64,000 nucleotides of DNA, taken from positions 15,842 through 79,841 of the forward strand of contig QKAN01000053.1 in NCBI GenBank assembly GCA_003246365.1, written 5' to 3'. The position numbers and the translations under genes were made by a program. Source of the DNA: Clostridia bacterium (GTDB lineage: Bacteria; Bacillota; Clostridia; Christensenellales; CAG-138). Under the pieces are notes generated by a model. That model saw nothing but the letters and a program-made list of their open reading frames with translations, ran no database searches and was not told the origin of the DNA. This document shows positions 60,526-64,000 of this stretch, in pieces (the first letter of the stretch is position 1; each line of letters begins with the position of its first letter).

Positions 60526-62217
60526 TTACATGCGCTCCGGCGCGGCAACGCCGATGAGTCCGAGGCCGATGGCGACGACCCTGCGCGTTGCATCGGTCAG
60601 TGCAAGGCGCGCCTGCCGCACGGCGGCGTCGTCCGCCATGATGCGCTGTTCATAATAAAACTTGTTGAACGCGGCGCAGATGCCGATGATGGAGCGGGTT
60701 ACGAGATATGGCTCGTTTTTCTCCATCGCCTCGACCACCGCATCCGGAAATGCGCCGAGCGCGGAGATGACCGCGGCGGATTCCGCATCGGTCAACACGC
60801 TGTAGTCCACTTCGGCGGGCGCATAGTTCGCCTTGCGCAAAACCGAGCAGGCGCGCGCATGCGTATACTGCGCATACGGTCCCGTTTCGCCGTCAAAATT
60901 GAGCACCGCGTCCCAGTCGAACACAACGTCCTTGATGCGTCCGTTATACAAACTGTTCCAAACCAGCGCGCCGACGCCGACTTGTTTTGCGATGGTCTCT
61001 TTGTCCTCCAGATCGGGGCTCTTTTCGCAGATGATGTCATAGGTCTTCTCGCAGGCGGCGGAGAGCACATCTTTGAGTTTGACCATGTTGCCCTTACGGG
61101 TGGAAAACGCGCCTTCGGTTCCGCTGACCATGCCGAACGAAACATGGATTAAATCCTTCGCCCAGTCGTATCCCATCAGCTCGACAACCTTGAACCACTG
61201 GCGGAAATGCAGATCCTGCTGATAGGCGACAACATAGAGGCACTTTGCAAAATCGTAGGTGTCTTTGCGATACAGCGCGGCGGCGATATCGCGGGTTGCA
61301 TACAGCGTTGCCCCGTCGGAACGAAGAATGATGCACGGCGGCATTTTATATTCGCTCAGGTCTACGATCTGCGCACCCTGATCGAGTTTCAATAGATTTT
61401 TTTCGCGCAGCTCGTCCACCACGCGACCCATCTTGTCGTTATAAAAACTCTCGCCCGCGTAGCTGTCGAATCGGATGCCGAGGATATCGTAAACCTGCTC
61501 GACCTCTTTGAGCGTCAGCGATTTAAACCATTCAAACAGCGAAAGCGCTTCTTCGTCTCCATCCTCAATGCGCTTAAACCACGCGCGCGCCTGATCGTCC
61601 AGCGACGAATCGGTTTCGGCTTCCTGATGGAATTTCACATAGATTTTGACCAGTTCGTCCACGCCGCCCTGCTCGATGGTTTCTTTTTCGCCCCAGAGCT
61701 TGTAGGCGACGATCATCTTGCCAAACTGCGTACCCCAGTCGCCCAGGTGGTTGATGCCGACGGAGGTAAATCCAAGGTGGTTATAGATGCGATACAGCGC
61801 GCTGCCGATCACCGTTGTTGGCAGATGGCCGATGTGAAACGGCTTGGCGATGTTGACGGAGGAATAATCGATGCAGACGTTGCGTCCCTGCCCCAGATCG
61901 GAGCCGCCGTAACGCGCGCCTTCGATAAACACTTTTTCGAGAACCGCCTTTGCCTGCGCGGATTTATCCAGATAAAAATTGACGTATCCGCCCGCCGCTT
62001 CCGCGCGGACCACACCCGCCGGCAGCGCCAGCGCGCCCGCGATCTCCTGCGCGATGACCGGCGGCGCTTTTCGAAGCGTCTTTGCGAGTTTGAAGCAGGG
62101 GAACGCATAGTCTCCCATCTCCGGCGAAGGGGGCGTTTCCAGCCATGTATTCAGTTCGTCCGCGCCAAGCCCCGCTGCGGCGGAAAGCGCGTTGGCGATC
62201 GATTGTTTAAAGTCCAT
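60526..62217 (-). CDS. argS: arginyl-tRNA synthetase
   Basis: 563 aa. 'SVNIAKPFHIGHL' (HIGH) and a C-terminal anticodon-binding domain ending '..GVAAPERM'. Stop is 35 nt upstream of serS. Confidence 0.9.
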   Translation of the reverse strand: MDFKQSIANALSAAAGLGADELNTWLETPPSPEMGDYAFPCFKLAKTLRKAPPVIAQEIAGALALPAGVVRAEAAGGYVNFYLDKSAQAKAVLEKVFIEGARYGGSDLGQGRNVCIDYSSVNIAKPFHIGHLPTTVIGSALYRIYNHLGFTSVGINHLGDWGTQFGKMIVAYKLWGEKETIEQGGVDELVKIYVKFHQEAETDSSLDDQARAWFKRIEDGDEEALSLFEWFKSLTLKEVEQVYDILGIRFDSYAGESFYNDKMGRVVDELREKNLLKLDQGAQIVDLSEYKMPPCIILRSDGATLYATRDIAAALYRKDTYDFAKCLYVVAYQQDLHFRQWFKVVELMGYDWAKDLIHVSFGMVSGTEGAFSTRKGNMVKLKDVLSAACEKTYDIICEKSPDLEDKETIAKQVGVGALVWNSLYNGRIKDVVFDWDAVLNFDGETGPYAQYTHARACSVLRKANYAPAEVDYSVLTDAESAAVISALGAFPDAVVEAMEKNEPYLVTRSIIGICAAFNKFYYEQRIMADDAAVRQARLALTDATRRVVAIGLGLIGVAAPERM

Positions 62218-62263
62218 GATTTCGAGTTTCCTTATGCTTTTTAATTCCTGTTCGTAATTTGGT

Positions 62264-62292
62264 ATTATATCAAAGAATCCCTTCTATGTTAA
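62264..62292 (-). promoter_or_regulatory. sigma-70 promoter of argS-serS
   Basis: Minus strand: TTAACA (62292-87), 17 nt, TG-n-TATAAT (62269-64). Confidence 0.5.
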
Positions 62293-62323
62293 GTGGAAAA
62301 GCGCGGATGCAGGCTGTTTCCTC

Positions 62324-62352
62324 TTTACAAATTGCGAAAAAACGGCTATACT
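62324..62352 (+). promoter_or_regulatory. sigma-70 promoter of ileS leader
   Basis: TTTACA (62324-29), 17 nt, TATACT (62347-52). Confidence 0.55.
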
Positions 62353-62358
62353 TCTCGT

Positions 62359-62632
62359 GTTACAGCGTTGAACGGGACAAACCGGTGTCCTTTAAATCCG
62401 CAAAAGCGAGCCGCGTATGGTGCAAGGCGGCGGCGGATCGGAAACCCGGCATCACCCGCGAGCGCGCGCGCCAAAGGCAAAACCTTGCCGAGTAACGCGC
62501 GACGTATCCCCCGCGTTAAGGGGGCTAAAGCGGACGGCGAACACGCCGTCAAGCAGGGTGGTACCGCGCAAAGCAGATTTGATTCGAGCTTTTCGTCCCT
62601 TATTATTCTTGGGGCGGAAGGCTATTTTTTTA
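62359..62632 (+). promoter_or_regulatory. T-box riboswitch leader (Ile specifier candidate AUC)
   Basis: Canonical T-box AGGGTGGTACCGCG at 62555-62568. Terminator stem AGCTTTTCGTCCC (62587-99) / GGGGCGGAAGGCT (62611-23) plus T7. Stem I features: AGCGA bulge, distal loop GTATGGTGCAAG, and 'C-AUC-A' (ATC 62451-53) in an internal loop. Confidence 0.8.
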
Positions 62633-62654
62633 CCGAAAACAAGGAGCAGCAAGT

Positions 62655-64000
62655 ATGTACAAAAAAGTATCGAGCGACCTGAACTTCGTGCCGCGCGAAA
62701 AAGAAATTCTCGCGTTCTGGAAAGATCGTCAGATTTTCCAGAAGAGCGTGCGCCTGCGCAAAGGCGCAAAACCCTATACCTTCTTCGACGGACCGCCGAC
62801 GGCAAACGGAAAGCCGCACATCGGCCATGTGCTCACGCGCTCGATCAAGGATATTATCCCGCGCTATAAAACCATGAAGGGTTACGACGTGCTCCGCAAA
62901 GCCGGTTGGGATACGCACGGCCTGCCGGTTGAAATCGAAGTGGAAAAACAGCTCGGTCTCGACGGCAAAGAGCAGATCGAGGCCTACGGCATCGAGCCGT
63001 TCATCAAAGAGTGCAAAAAATCGGTTTGGAAATACAAAGCCGAGTGGGAACACATGTCCGACCGCGTCGGGTTCTGGGCGGATATGGAAGACCCGTATAT
63101 CACCTACGACAACAACTATATCGAGAGCATTTGGTGGGCGCTCAAAACGATCCACGAAAAAGGTCTTCTCTACAAAGGCCACAAAATCGTGCCATACTGC
63201 CCGCGCTGCGGCACCGCGCTGTCGAGCCACGAAGTTGCGCAGGGCTATAAGGACGTAAAAGAAACCTCCGCAATCGCAAAATTCTTCCTCAAGGACGATC
63301 CTTCGGTTGCGATCCTTGCCTGGACGACCACGCCCTGGACGTTGCCGAGCAATGTCGCCCTCTGCGTCAACGCAAAGGAAACCTATGCCACCGCGAAAAA
63401 AGGCGACGATACCTATATCCTCGCGGAAGCGCTGGTCAAAAACGTGCTCGGCGAGGATGCCGAAATCATATCCACCTGCAAAGGCGAAGATCTGATCGAC
63501 ACGGAATATGTGCCGCTGTTTGATCTGCCGGTCAACTTTGGCAACCGCGTTGGATATCGCGTGGTTGCGGACGATTACGTCTCGCTCGAAGACGGCACCG
63601 GCGTTGTCCATATCGCGCCCGCTTTTGGTGAAGACGACTCCCGCGTGGGCAAAAACTGGGACCTGCCGTTTGTGCAGCTGGTCAACGCCAGCGGACACAT
63701 GGTCGGCGGCACGCCATGGGACGGTCTGTTCGTTAAAGACGCGGACAAGCCGATCTTAAAAGAGCTCAAGGACACAGGCAAGCTCTTTGCCGCACTGCCC
63801 TTTGAACACAGCTATCCATTCTGCTGGCGCTGCGACACGCCGCTGATCTATTACGCCAGAGAAAGCTGGTTTATCAAGATGACCGCGGTGAAGCAGAAGC
63901 TTATCGCCTTCAACCGCAGCGTCAACTGGATTCCCGAAACGATTAAGGAAGGCCGCATGGGCAACTTCCTTGAAAACGTTATCGACTGGAGCGTCTCCCG
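62655..64000 (+). CDS. ileS: isoleucyl-tRNA synthetase, type 2 (5' part; continues beyond the window)
   Basis: My translation from ATG 62655 (AAGGAG 8 nt upstream): MYKKVSSDLNFVPREKEILAFWKDRQIFQKS..FFDGPPTANGKPHIGHVLTRSIKD..GWDTHGLPVE..PYCPRCGTALSSHEV..WTTTPWTLPSN.. The frame is open to the window end. It is absent from the ORF track; the track's 62622..63698(-) is its antisense artefact. Confidence 0.9.
   Translation, partial: MYKKVSSDLNFVPREKEILAFWKDRQIFQKSVRLRKGAKPYTFFDGPPTANGKPHIGHVLTRSIKDIIPRYKTMKGYDVLRKAGWDTHGLPVEIEVEKQLGLDGKEQIEAYGIEPFIKECKKSVWKYKAEWEHMSDRVGFWADMEDPYITYDNNYIESIWWALKTIHEKGLLYKGHKIVPYCPRCGTALSSHEVAQGYKDVKETSAIAKFFLKDDPSVAILAWTTTPWTLPSNVALCVNAKETYATAKKGDDTYILAEALVKNVLGEDAEIISTCKGEDLIDTEYVPLFDLPVNFGNRVGYRVVADDYVSLEDGTGVVHIAPAFGEDDSRVGKNWDLPFVQLVNASGHMVGGTPWDGLFVKDADKPILKELKDTGKLFAALPFEHSYPFCWRCDTPLIYYARESWFIKMTAVKQKLIAFNRSVNWIPETIKEGRMGNFLENVIDWSVS

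Noticed and set aside
62622-63698. 358-aa minus-strand ORF at the right end of the window.
   Set aside because: It is antisense to the type-2 ileS reading frame, which has an SD, the HIGH motif, a T-box leader and an open frame to the window end.

Overview
This is a 64-kb chromosomal segment from a GC-rich Gram-positive anaerobe. It looks like Clostridia of the Oscillospiraceae/Ruminococcaceae type; that is my guess from gene content and signals, not a search result.

The backbone is core metabolism and translation:
- an acn-icd operon
- a hutH-hutU-ftcD-hutI histidine-utilisation operon
- a nadD::yqeK fusion followed by rsfS
- trxA and dfx
- argS-serS
- a T-box-controlled type-2 ileS that runs off the 3' end and is absent from the ORF track
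- one tRNA-Met

Between these lie cell-envelope and regulatory genes:
- two ECF sigma modules
- a MacAB/HlyD-type exporter
- large repeat-containing surface proteins
- two paralogous beta-helix lipoproteins
- two WYL/YafY regulators
- an Lsa-like ABC-F protein with an attenuator-type leader

There are three visibly AT-rich islets:
- 1-800: tandem paralogous membrane-anchored proteins.
- About 24.8-26.9 kb: abuts the tRNA-Met and holds an HTH regulator and a divergent pair of small genes with operator repeats.
- About 35.6-37.4 kb: carries an AvcD/DcdV-type kinase-like plus deaminase fusion (anti-phage dCTP deaminase family). A translationally coupled 56-codon ORF, missed by the ORF track, follows it, and a possible upstream small RNA precedes it. 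I consider this the most interesting locus.

I saw no CRISPR array, rRNA, transposase, integrase or reverse transcriptase. Many long ORFs in the track are antisense artefacts of GC-rich genes, and many true starts lie downstream of the track's ORF starts. All family assignments come from motif recognition by eye; no database search was possible.
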